A stretch of DNA of 26,144 nucleotides from Promethearchaeota archaeon (GCA_048941265.1 JBHLNT010000049.1:1-26144), one strand, 5' to 3'. Shown: positions 9,905-18,654, counted from the first letter of the stretch. Translations and numbers: made by a program. Notes: a model not told the origin generated them from the sequence alone.

Positions 9905-9986
9905 AAATCTTAAATATGTAGATTACTTTTATTATATTGGATAATATAAAATTAAAAAAATAAAAAAAGGAGATGATGTATAAAAT

Positions 9987-10376
9987 ATGCCAAGAGGAGA
10001 TAGAACCGGACCTGCAGGATTTGGTCCAATGACAGGTAGAGGATTAGGCTATTGTGCAGGATATGATACACCTGGATACACAAAAGGACCAGGCATGGGA
10101 ATGGGACGCGGATGGGGACGAGGCATAGGATATGGGAGAGGTCCTGGGTGGCGAAGAGGTTGGGGCAGAGGATTTGGCGGATACTGGGGCTATGGGGCTC
10201 CATCGTACGTTCCACCTATAATCGCTTCTCCGGCTTATGTGTCTCCCACTACCCCTGAAACTCAATTAACAATGCTTAAACAAGAAAAGGATTATTTAGA
10301 ATCAGAAATGGAAGGGATAAAAGGAGCATTAGCAGATATATCTAAAAGAATTGACGAATTAGAAAAAACTGAATAA
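9987..10376 (+). CDS. DUF5320 family protein (Gly/Arg-rich, C-terminal coiled coil)
   Basis: Characteristic MPRGDRTGPxGxGPMTGRGLGYC N-terminus, GRG repeats and LKQEKDYLESEM...ISKRIDEL coil; GGAG upstream. Confidence 0.88.
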   Translation: MPRGDRTGPAGFGPMTGRGLGYCAGYDTPGYTKGPGMGMGRGWGRGIGYGRGPGWRRGWGRGFGGYWGYGAPSYVPPIIASPAYVSPTTPETQLTMLKQEKDYLESEMEGIKGALADISKRIDELEKTE

Positions 10377-10417
10377 TTTTTTTTAAATTTACATCGGATA
10401 TGAGGGTGTGAAATAAA

Positions 10418-10810
10418 ATGAGTAATTTAAATGAAAGTTCCGAAGATTATTTAAAAGCAATTTATTTTATTTCAAAAAAGAAAAAGGGTGGATGGTGTTC
10501 TAACCGAGAAATCTCAAAGTATTTAGATGTCAAACCTTCATCTGTTACCGGTATGTTGCATAAATTAAAAGAAAATGGATTAATTATTTGGAGTCCTCGA
10601 AAATCATTAAGATTAACTGAGAAAGGTAAAAATGTTGCTCAGGAAACAATAGATTGTTATAACATCTTAAAAAATTTCTTTTCAACCGTCTTAAAAATTG
10701 AAGACCATTCATTAATTGAGGAATTGAGTTGCGGAATCGAACATCATATCACCCCGGAAATATTAGAGTCTCTGCAGGGAGTAATTTTTGGTAATTCAAG
10801 TGCGGAATAA
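10418..10810 (+). CDS. DtxR/MntR family metal-dependent transcriptional regulator (no FeoA domain)
   Basis: EDYLKAIY, VKPSSVTGMLHKL helix-turn-helix, LTEKG and CGIEH. Confidence 0.9.
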   Translation: MSNLNESSEDYLKAIYFISKKKKGGWCSNREISKYLDVKPSSVTGMLHKLKENGLIIWSPRKSLRLTEKGKNVAQETIDCYNILKNFFSTVLKIEDHSLIEELSCGIEHHITPEILESLQGVIFGNSSAE

Positions 10811-10813
10811 TGA

Positions 10814-11749
10814 TTAATCAGCTACTAACCTCCAAAAAACATTATTGTTATACTTAATTTTTTCAATTTTTTTACGATCTTCAAGAACTTTTAACCGTTG
10901 AAAAATTTCTTCTTTATTTAGATTCTGATTACAAAAAGTCTCAATAATTTGATCCTGCCTCATGGGATGCCTTTCGATAATAGATAGAAATTCATTTTCG
11001 AAATTCGTTGAATAAAAGTTAAATTTCCCCATTTCGGGATAATGAATATCAGAATAATCGCCAAATATCTCATTTAATAAGAAAATAATACTATTTTCAG
11101 GCATTTTAACCCATTTTTCTGCGGGTGGTCTGATTGGTACGTTTATATCAATCCTGTCTGGCATTAGTAGATCAATTTTTTCTTTTAAATTTAACAATTC
11201 ATTCTTAGAATCGTTGATTCCTTTCATTATCATAATTTCAAGCCAAAATTTTCCGTCAAACATATTCCTAAATTCTATTAGTCCTTGGATCATCTTATTA
11301 TATTTAATAGAAGGATGGGGTCTGTTGATTTTGATAAATGCCCTTTCATTTCCCGCATCTAAACTAGGTAAGATTAAATCAGCAGGCATGAGAGCATTGC
11401 GAACTTCTGGATCATATAATAATGCTCCATTTGTAATAACGCACACTATCTTTTTAGTTAGCGTTTTAGTAAATAATATCAAGTCTTCAATATCTTTATA
11501 TAGCGTGGGTTCCCCGCTTCCTACAAAAGTTATATAATCTAATTCATTTTTGTATTGATTAATAGCTTCTCTGATTTCACAGATTATATCTTCTTTTGGA
11601 AAAAAATTTCTCCGAGTGTTCGTAAAATAAGTGGTTTTTCCCAATTGACAATATATACATTGATAATTACAAGTTTTTGAGGGAAGAAGATCAATCCCTA
11701 AGGATCTTCCCAATCTTCTGCTCGGTACAGGACCATAAAGATATTTCAT
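10814..11749 (-). CDS. Radical SAM protein (COG0731 / Tyw1-like, function unknown)
   Basis: YGPVPSRRLGRSLGIDL N-terminus, CNYQCIYC cluster motif, GSGEPTL, TNG and SLDA. Confidence 0.85.
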   Translation of the reverse strand: MKYLYGPVPSRRLGRSLGIDLLPSKTCNYQCIYCQLGKTTYFTNTRRNFFPKEDIICEIREAINQYKNELDYITFVGSGEPTLYKDIEDLILFTKTLTKKIVCVITNGALLYDPEVRNALMPADLILPSLDAGNERAFIKINRPHPSIKYNKMIQGLIEFRNMFDGKFWLEIMIMKGINDSKNELLNLKEKIDLLMPDRIDINVPIRPPAEKWVKMPENSIIFLLNEIFGDYSDIHYPEMGKFNFYSTNFENEFLSIIERHPMRQDQIIETFCNQNLNKEEIFQRLKVLEDRKKIEKIKYNNNVFWRLVAD

Positions 11750-11770
11750 GCTAATTTTTAAATCTATAAA

Positions 11771-13027
11771 TTAATCAAAACTTTTATTTCTCAAATTAAT
11801 TTTTTCATAATCGATTATTTCATTGATATTATCTAACTCAGTAAGAGAGACCTCAATCAAATTATTATTAAAAATTAAGGAGGGTCCTTTCTTGAGACTA
11901 TTTTTTAAAATTAACTTGTCAATCTTATGAAATATCAACCATTCAGAGATTAATATTCCTTTTCTTTTTTCTTCCTGAGCATATTGATTTGGGAGTACCT
12001 CTAATTTTGAGAATTTTCCCTTATCAAATTCTATAAATCCGAAAAATGGGCTTTCTCCAAAATGTTCTGAAATTGTAGAGTTTAAATCTTGATTGTTATT
12101 TAGTGGAATTGCAATTTTAATTATATCTTTTTCCTGACTTTTAATAATAATTATTATTTTAAATATAGATGGAAAATTGTTCATTATTTTATGACTTAAT
12201 TTATTTTTGAATAAATTTATTTGGGAAAGCGGGAATTCTTTGCTTAAGCTGATTTCTAATTCCAAAAATATATATCTCCCATAAGATCTAATTCCCATGT
12301 TATCAATTTTTTTAATTTCTGGAGTGTTCTCAATTAAAGTAATGAGCTCGGTTCTGTTTTCAAAATCAATTACCGCATCGAGCAATGTTTTCGTGGAGGA
12401 AAGAAAAATATCATACCCCCCTTTAATAATAAAAATAGCAATAAATAATCCGATTATCGAATCCAAGATATAGAAATTAAATAGTGCTCCTATGAATCCG
12501 ATAAAAACAGAGAGGGAAATAAATATATCAAATAACTTTTCATTTGCTTCAGATTTAATTATTGGTGATTTAGTTTTCTTTTCAATTAATTTCAGATACA
12601 ACATTATGACTATAGTACTTAATAATGAAATGATTAGAAATATCAAAACTAAAGGGGTGGGGTATATCATTTTAGGATTTCCCCTAAAATAATTCATTAG
12701 AGCTACGATTGATTGGGTGATAATCGTGTATGCGGTAAAAAAAATTAACAGGGAAAATAATAAACTGATAATATTTTCCATTTTGTAATAACCATAAGGG
12801 AATCTTTCATTTGGTTTTTTATTAGTAAAGAGGATGCCTATAAGAGCAGTAATATTCATGATAATATCAGTCAAATTGTCAAAGGCATCCGCTTGAAGGG
12901 CTATACTGTTTGTTAGAATTCCGAAAATTAATTTCAAAATAAAAAAAACAGTATTAACTAATAATAGTACAATATTGATAAAAAACGGGCGCTCATAAAA
13001 ATTTAAATGATCCCTTATTTCATTCAT
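11771..13027 (-). CDS. Cation diffusion facilitator transporter with C-terminal NifB/NifX-like domain
   Basis: KLIFGILTNSIALQADAFD, FPYGYYKME and LLD after about six hydrophobic helices; ZT-dimer domain (RSYGRY); C-terminal IAIP...ISEHFGESPFF. Confidence 0.88.
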   Translation of the reverse strand: MNEIRDHLNFYERPFFINIVLLLVNTVFFILKLIFGILTNSIALQADAFDNLTDIIMNITALIGILFTNKKPNERFPYGYYKMENIISLLFSLLIFFTAYTIITQSIVALMNYFRGNPKMIYPTPLVLIFLIISLLSTIVIMLYLKLIEKKTKSPIIKSEANEKLFDIFISLSVFIGFIGALFNFYILDSIIGLFIAIFIIKGGYDIFLSSTKTLLDAVIDFENRTELITLIENTPEIKKIDNMGIRSYGRYIFLELEISLSKEFPLSQINLFKNKLSHKIMNNFPSIFKIIIIIKSQEKDIIKIAIPLNNNQDLNSTISEHFGESPFFGFIEFDKGKFSKLEVLPNQYAQEEKRKGILISEWLIFHKIDKLILKNSLKKGPSLIFNNNLIEVSLTELDNINEIIDYEKINLRNKSFD

Positions 13028-13030
13028 TTA

Positions 13031-13474
13031 TTATCCATTCTCATTATATCTGTATTTCTCAATCGATCTTTTTAAGGTTCTTACTGCTAATTCAGCGCAA
13101 TGTTTATGATCTTCAGGTAACCCTTTTAATGCTTTATCAATATCTTCTGGAGTTAAGCTTTCGGCAAATTCTAAAGATTTTTTCTCAATCATTAGCGTTG
13201 TTTGACTACCTGCCGCAACAGTCGCACCGCAACCATCTGTAATAAAATTTGCTTTTTCGATGATATTATCTTTAATTTTTAAAAAGAACTTCATAGTATC
13301 CCCACAAGAACCCTCGTAAGCATGCCATACAGTTATTTCATCTTCGGATGGTTTACCCCAATTTATCGGATTATGAAATAAGTTGACAACGTATTCATTA
13401 TAGTGTTCTAATTCTTTATCAATAATTTCTTTTTGAAGCTTTTTTACAAATTCATCAAAATCCTCTTCAGACAT
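13031..13474 (-). CDS. iscU: IscU/NifU-type Fe-S cluster scaffold protein
   Basis: Three conserved Cys in GSCGD, DGCG and KHCA; FHNPINWG. Confidence 0.85.
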   Translation of the reverse strand: MSEEDFDEFVKKLQKEIIDKELEHYNEYVVNLFHNPINWGKPSEDEITVWHAYEGSCGDTMKFFLKIKDNIIEKANFITDGCGATVAAGSQTTLMIEKKSLEFAESLTPEDIDKALKGLPEDHKHCAELAVRTLKRSIEKYRYNENG

Positions 13475-13542
13475 GCGATATTAAATTCTCTGTTACTTTT
13501 TTATATTTCAATTACTCAATTATGGATAATAAAAACAATTAA

Positions 13543-14394
13543 TTATTTCTCCACTATTTCTTGAATCTGTTTTACAACCTGCTTAAATGCTTTCGCACTT
13601 TCGCTATTTGGATTTTTTATAACAAAGGGTAAACCTCTATCCCCTTGGATTCCAAGTTCTACTTCAAAAGGAATCTTACCTAATAATAGTACACCAAAAT
13701 CCTTCGCAGCCTTTTCAGCACCTCCGGGTGGATAAAGATCGATATATTCCCCACAATGAGGGCATTTAAATCCAGACATGTTTTCAATTATTCCAATCAC
13801 CTTTCTCTCCATAACCATCGACATTTTGATAGTTTTACGAGCATCCATAAGAGCTACTTCTTGAGGTGTCGTAACAACAATCACATTCTCGTCTGGAATT
13901 AGTTGTAAAATATCTAACGTTTCATCAGAAGTACCCGGTGGTAAATCACAGATAAGATAATCTAATTCTTCCCATTCAGCATCTCCTAAAAACTGCCTGA
14001 CAGCACCCATTTTCATTGGACCTCTCCAAATAACTGGCTCGTCTGGATTCAACGTTAAAAACGCCATGCTCATTACTTTCATGTTTAATGGCCCTATAAC
14101 GGGGTAGAATTTTTTGGCTTCAGGGTCCACACTAGGTTTTAGTTCTGGACTTACTCCTAACATTTTTACTACATTCGGTCCCGTAATATCAACATCCAAA
14201 ATTCCAACTCTGCAACCTATGCTGGCTAAACTTATAGCGAGGTTAACAGCGACGGTCGTTTTACCTACCCCTCCTTTGCCGGAAATAATCACAATTTTAT
14301 GCTTAATTTTTTCCATATTTTTTTTAATATTTTCCATTCGCTCATCTAACATTGCTTTTTTTACAGATTCTTCCGTAATTTCTTCATTTCCCAT
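13543..14394 (-). CDS. mrp: Mrp/NBP35/ApbC family Fe-S carrier ATPase
   Basis: SGKGGVGKT, DVDITGP, IWRGP, DLPPGTSD, VTTPQ and ENMSGFKCPHC. Confidence 0.93.
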   Translation of the reverse strand: MGNEEITEESVKKAMLDERMENIKKNMEKIKHKIVIISGKGGVGKTTVAVNLAISLASIGCRVGILDVDITGPNVVKMLGVSPELKPSVDPEAKKFYPVIGPLNMKVMSMAFLTLNPDEPVIWRGPMKMGAVRQFLGDAEWEELDYLICDLPPGTSDETLDILQLIPDENVIVVTTPQEVALMDARKTIKMSMVMERKVIGIIENMSGFKCPHCGEYIDLYPPGGAEKAAKDFGVLLLGKIPFEVELGIQGDRGLPFVIKNPNSESAKAFKQVVKQIQEIVEK

Positions 14395-14462
14395 TACAAT
14401 TCAACCTATTTCAATCTCTTTTAATTCTATTTAAAAAAAGTTAACCATAATTTTAAAATTTA

Positions 14463-14478
14463 ATGAATAATCATTCAA
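14463..14478. promoter_or_regulatory. Palindromic operator, copy 4 (ATGAATAATCATTCAA), in the mrp/osmC divergent region
   Basis: Consensus match flanked by TATA-like TTTATAAA (plus strand, 14479) and TTTTAAAA (minus strand). Confidence 0.8.
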
Positions 14479-14557
14479 TTTATAAATCAAAATTAATTTT
14501 ATTTATATACAACATTAAATTTTAAAAAGTTGTTAAAAACAAAAAAAGTGAAAAACT

Positions 14558-15067
14558 ATGCCAAGTTTTAAAGAAACGTATGAAGCTATTAAAGCAGATT
14601 GGGCAAATGGGGAGAAGAATTTCAATATTGAATGTGAAATGCTTTCTGATGGTATGCAAGTCATGTGTACTATGGGAAATCCTGGAGGAGAGCCCTTTAA
14701 ACTGCTAATTGATGCCCCTGGAGGATTAGACGGTACAAATAAAGGACCTTCTCCTTTATTGGTGATCTTATCCTCAATTGGAGCTTGTATCATAGCAGTT
14801 ACTAAATTTTGGGCTAAGATAATGGATATCAAAATTGAAGAATTAAAAGTATTCTCACGCGGTCATATAAATTTAGGAGCTATTTTCGGGATTGACGACT
14901 CCAAAATTGCTGGATATGATAACTTAGAGCCAGTTATCCGAATTAAAGCAGATGCTTCTGAAGAAAAAATTAATGAATTAATGGATAAAGTTTTTAATCA
15001 TTGTCCTGTCATTACGAACTTCGGAGGGGCATCTAAAATTACACCTAAGGTACAAATTAGAACTTAA
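14558..15067 (+). CDS. OsmC/Ohr family protein
   Basis: IDAPGGLDGTNKGPSP...IGAC and HCPV two-cysteine signature. Confidence 0.85.
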   Translation: MPSFKETYEAIKADWANGEKNFNIECEMLSDGMQVMCTMGNPGGEPFKLLIDAPGGLDGTNKGPSPLLVILSSIGACIIAVTKFWAKIMDIKIEELKVFSRGHINLGAIFGIDDSKIAGYDNLEPVIRIKADASEEKINELMDKVFNHCPVITNFGGASKITPKVQIRT

Positions 15068-15177
15068 TTAATTCTAATCTTTTTTTTTTTTATAATTAAA
15101 AAGTTAACATCTTTTTTTTTCTATCAACTTTTCTTCATAAGTGAAGAAATTTTAAGCGAGAACTTTTTTATTTCATT

Positions 15178-15219
15178 TTGAATAATTAATTATTAAAATT
15201 TTATTGAATAGTTATTATT
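15178..15219. promoter_or_regulatory. Two degenerate operator-like sites upstream of the DUF134 gene
   Basis: TTGAATAATTAATTAT (15178-15193) and TTGAATAGTTATTATT (15204-15219) have 3-4 mismatches to the consensus; weak in AT-rich DNA. Confidence 0.35.
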
Positions 15220-15277
15220 AATTATATATTGATTCATTAAAAGATAAATCCTAGAAAAAAAGATACATCTGATAAAT

Positions 15278-15697
15278 ATGGGAAGAAGGACACGAAGAAA
15301 ATGGGTACTTAAAACACCGGACAACTTATATTTTTCCAATATAGAGCCGCAAATGGCAAACTGTGTATTTTTAACTGTTGCTGAATTTGAGGCTATGCGA
15401 CTTAAACATTATACAAAACTAACTCAAGAAAGAGCAGCTGATAGTATGGGTATTAGTCAACCCACATTTTCACGTATCCTTGATGTTGCTCATCAAAAAA
15501 TTACTCAAGCATTAATTGAAGGAAAAGTAATTAAAGTCTCGGGTGGCAATTTTGATGTTAAACCAAATTTTATTGGCTATGGGTGCTTGAATTGTGATCA
15601 TGAATGGGAAGATCGGAATGCCTCAAGAGATAGAAAAGTAAAGTGTGTTAAATGCAATTCCGAAAATGTTTATTATTTTGAAAGAGAAATTATCTAA
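15278..15697 (+). CDS. DUF134 (UPF0251) HTH DNA-binding protein with C-terminal zinc ribbon
   Basis: LTVAEFEAMRL, QERAADSMGISQPTFSRIL, ALIEGK, GG; then CLNC...CVKC. Confidence 0.9.
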   Translation: MGRRTRRKWVLKTPDNLYFSNIEPQMANCVFLTVAEFEAMRLKHYTKLTQERAADSMGISQPTFSRILDVAHQKITQALIEGKVIKVSGGNFDVKPNFIGYGCLNCDHEWEDRNASRDRKVKCVKCNSENVYYFEREII

Positions 15698-15707
15698 AAT
15701 AATGTTT

Positions 15708-16646
15708 TTAGTGGATTGAATTATTCCATAAGATGGCCTTCAGATTTTTATAAATTTCTTTAATTGCTAAGCTTGCCTTTGAATCTGGAGCGTATTCTAT
15801 TACTGTTTTTGCAAATGACATTGCTTTTGGAATTGCTAAATCATATGGAATTCTTCCAAGAACATTATAACCAGTCTCATCAATAAATTTCTTAAATTGG
15901 TCTTGAAAGGGACTTTTCAAGTCAAATTTATTAATCACAATTCCAAAGGGAATTTTAAATTGCTGAACGACTTCAATTGCTCTGTTTAGGTCATGTAAAC
16001 CCGAAGGGGTAGGTTCAGTTATCGCAATTACATAATCTAACCCTGAAATAGTTGCTATTACAGGACAGCCGATACCAGGAGGTCCATCAATTAAAATTAA
16101 ATTACTTTCTTCAAACTTCTCAATTCCAGATGTATATTCTTTTACATCTGAAACTAGCTTTCCTGATGTTGTACTCCCAATTCTGGTCTTACCATAGACG
16201 AGTGGGATACCGAGTTGTGATTGATAATAAATAATTTGTCCACTTTTTACAGTATTTATCTGAAAAGCATGTTCTGGACATAATACTTTACAAGCTCCAC
16301 AGCCTTCACATGATAAATAATCAACTTCTGGGATTTCATTTATATCATTCCATTTTAAAGCATGGAATTCACAAAAATGCTCGTCAATACATTTTTTGCA
16401 ATTAACACATTTTTCTTCTAAAAATTCAGCTTTTAAGGTTGTAAATGTATCAACAGTTTTTATTTCATCATTCGATTTAGCAGGGAGAATTAAGGCTAAA
16501 TTTGGAGCATCTACATCGCAATCTAATACAATTGATTTAATTTGAACATCGTCCTTAGTTAAATTTGCTAATGATGCCGTAAGCGAGGTTTTACCTACTC
16601 CCCCCTTACCCGAAATAATTCCAACACTTTTTTTTTGATCGTCCAT
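15708..16646 (-). CDS. MinD/CobQ-superfamily P-loop ATPase with inserted ferredoxin domain (COG1149)
   Basis: SGKGGVGKT, DCDVDAPNL, CVNCKKC...C, CEGCGACKVLCP, DGPPGIGCP and TEPTPSGLHDL. Start placed at 16646 (GGAGA RBS, 2 nt after the upstream stop) rather than 16673. Confidence 0.9.
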   Translation of the reverse strand: MDDQKKSVGIISGKGGVGKTSLTASLANLTKDDVQIKSIVLDCDVDAPNLALILPAKSNDEIKTVDTFTTLKAEFLEEKCVNCKKCIDEHFCEFHALKWNDINEIPEVDYLSCEGCGACKVLCPEHAFQINTVKSGQIIYYQSQLGIPLVYGKTRIGSTTSGKLVSDVKEYTSGIEKFEESNLILIDGPPGIGCPVIATISGLDYVIAITEPTPSGLHDLNRAIEVVQQFKIPFGIVINKFDLKSPFQDQFKKFIDETGYNVLGRIPYDLAIPKAMSFAKTVIEYAPDSKASLAIKEIYKNLKAILWNNSIH

Positions 16647-16648
16647 AT

Positions 16649-17569
16649 TTAGTCTCCTTTTGAATCTAACCAAAATGCTAAATTTTCAAAAATTTTTTGA
16701 AATGCGTTATATCCTGCTCCACCCTTAAATTCACTATTTTCATTCATCAATGGTTTCCCTTGACAATAAGAATTAACAATATCATCATCTAAAGGGATAT
16801 CACCTAAGACTTGGATATTCATATCTTTTAATTCTTTTATAAACTGATCTTTATACCCCAATAATGATGATCTATTAATGATAACCTGAAAATCCTTGTT
16901 TAATAAACTAATTAGCTCAATAATTCTCAATAGATCTAACTTACCAAATTTGGTGGGTTCCGTAACCGGTATTACCTTATCTGCCTTATCAATTAATAAT
17001 TCAACATCGCAATGCGCACCAGGAGCAGTATCTAAAATAATTATATCGAACTTTGTAGGATCATTTTCTATAATGTTAGAAAGTTTTTTCATAAGTACTT
17101 CCACTACAGACGCAGAACGAGCTTCAGATGGTTTTAATTCTCCAATTAAGAGGGAAATTCCATCTGCGAATGTAGAATAAGTCCAACCGACTGTTTTGTA
17201 ATCTTCCTCAATTGCGTCTTCTGGACATATTTTATAACATAATCTACAACCTGAACACACTGCTAATATTGGAATCGGATATGCATCTTTAATATGTAAT
17301 AGCGCATGAGGAGTACAATTTTCTGCACATAAGCCACACTTTGTACATTCTTCTTCATTAATTTTCGGTTTAAAAAAAGGAACTTCTTCTCTATTTTCCA
17401 ATGAACCGCCTAATAATAAAAAAGTGTTAGGATTTTCAACATCTCCATCAATTAATAAAACTTTTTTACCCTCATTTTTAAACATCGTAGCGATATTAAC
17501 AGCTACTAAAGTTTTACCGGTTCCTCCTTTACCTCCCGTAATACAGATGATTTTAGGTCTATTCACCAT
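16649..17569 (-). CDS. MinD/CobQ-superfamily P-loop ATPase with inserted ferredoxin domain (COG1149), partner paralogue
   Basis: GGKGGTGKT, DGDVENPN, CTKCGLCAENC, CSGCRLCYKICP, DTAPGAHC and TEPTKFG. Confidence 0.9.
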   Translation of the reverse strand: MVNRPKIICITGGKGGTGKTLVAVNIATMFKNEGKKVLLIDGDVENPNTFLLLGGSLENREEVPFFKPKINEEECTKCGLCAENCTPHALLHIKDAYPIPILAVCSGCRLCYKICPEDAIEEDYKTVGWTYSTFADGISLLIGELKPSEARSASVVEVLMKKLSNIIENDPTKFDIIILDTAPGAHCDVELLIDKADKVIPVTEPTKFGKLDLLRIIELISLLNKDFQVIINRSSLLGYKDQFIKELKDMNIQVLGDIPLDDDIVNSYCQGKPLMNENSEFKGGAGYNAFQKIFENLAFWLDSKGD

Positions 17570-17618
17570 ATTTTTTGCAACACTATGTTTAGATTTCGTT
17601 GATTTTGCGTCAAATTAA

Positions 17619-18092
17619 TTAGAACTGAGGTCCTCGACCTCTTCCTTGCCCTCCTCCCATACCACGTCCTCCGCCCATTCCTCGGCCGCCTCCCATACCT
17701 CGCCCACCTCCCATTCCCCAATGGGAAACAACATTAGCTTCGCTCATCAGAGATAATTTGTCTTCAATATATAATTCGATGGCTTCTTTTACAGTGAGTT
17801 GCCTATTAGGGGCTTGATAGATTTTAAAATTAGAAGCCGCCAGTGATTGAGCCGCATTTGGACCAAGATTTCCTACAATCACTTCCTTAGCACCATAGTT
17901 TCCTATAGTTTGAACAGCTTGAATCCCTGCTCCCCCCATAGCATTTGCAGCCATATTACTTACAGCTCTTACCTCCTTAATAGATTTATCCTCGATTGTG
18001 ACAAAAGTAAACGTATCACAGCGTCCAAACCGAGGATTCATGAGAGAATTCAATCCTCCATCTCCAAATGAAGGAACAGCTATTATTACCAT
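17619..18092 (-). CDS. NifB/NifX (MTH1175 / Orange protein) family protein with Gly-Arg tail
   Basis: IAVP, RFGRC, GGAGIQAVQ and GNLGPNA motifs. Confidence 0.88.
   Translation of the reverse strand: MVIIAVPSFGDGGLNSLMNPRFGRCDTFTFVTIEDKSIKEVRAVSNMAANAMGGAGIQAVQTIGNYGAKEVIVGNLGPNAAQSLAASNFKIYQAPNRQLTVKEAIELYIEDKLSLMSEANVVSHWGMGGGRGMGGGRGMGGGRGMGGGQGRGRGPQF
17649..17720 (-). repeat. Four tandem GMGGG(R/Q) peptide repeats (18-bp period, synonymously diverged)
   Basis: Translation GMGGGRGMGGGRGMGGGRGMGGGQ; the codons differ between units. Confidence 0.8.
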
Positions 18093-18134
18093 TTTATTCT
18101 AACCTCCTTTTTACAATATACTATTTTAAATTTT

Positions 18135-18518
18135 TTAAGAATATTCATGCTGATGAGGGGAATTTTCTCCACAACTCGCTCCAGCTAATGGTATTAATCT
18201 ACCACCTAATAGATATTCAACATTATCCTTTAAAGTTCCATATATCCCTTGATGGAGATTTATCCCAACCTGCAAAAATCCCTTATAGGGTCGGCCTCCA
18301 ATACCTCCAATAATCATATCTGTAACTCTTCTATTTTTCATATTCATGACAGGCTCCATACAACCAGCATGCCCCTCATTGCGCAAAGAAAATAATTTTT
18401 TATAATTATTGTTCTCGTCTATTTCTATTCCAACAAAATAATTCGCATGTCCAAAATGTTCAGAAATATTATCTGATAGTTCCGGACCATCTGAAGGAAT
18501 CCCTATGACTTTATTCAT
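18135..18518 (-). CDS. NifB/NifX family protein
   Basis: IGIPS, ISEHFGHANYF, HAGCMEP and GGIGGRP; C-terminal SCGENSPHQH. Confidence 0.85.
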   Translation of the reverse strand: MNKVIGIPSDGPELSDNISEHFGHANYFVGIEIDENNNYKKLFSLRNEGHAGCMEPVMNMKNRRVTDMIIGGIGGRPYKGFLQVGINLHQGIYGTLKDNVEYLLGGRLIPLAGASCGENSPHQHEYS

Positions 18519-18575
18519 TTTTTAAATACCATTTTTATTTTATATTAATATAGTGAATTTTCAAATTTAAAATTT

Positions 18576-18591
18576 ATGAATAATTATTCAT
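18576..18591. promoter_or_regulatory. Palindromic operator, copy 5 (perfect ATGAATAATTATTCAT), between divergent NifX genes
   Basis: Perfect 16-bp palindrome; on the minus strand it is followed by AAATTTTAAAT (TATA-like). Confidence 0.85.
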
Positions 18592-18654
18592 TAAATTAAA
18601 ATATTATAAATCATATTTATCACTTAGAACTTAATAAAAAAAATGATGTTTTAA

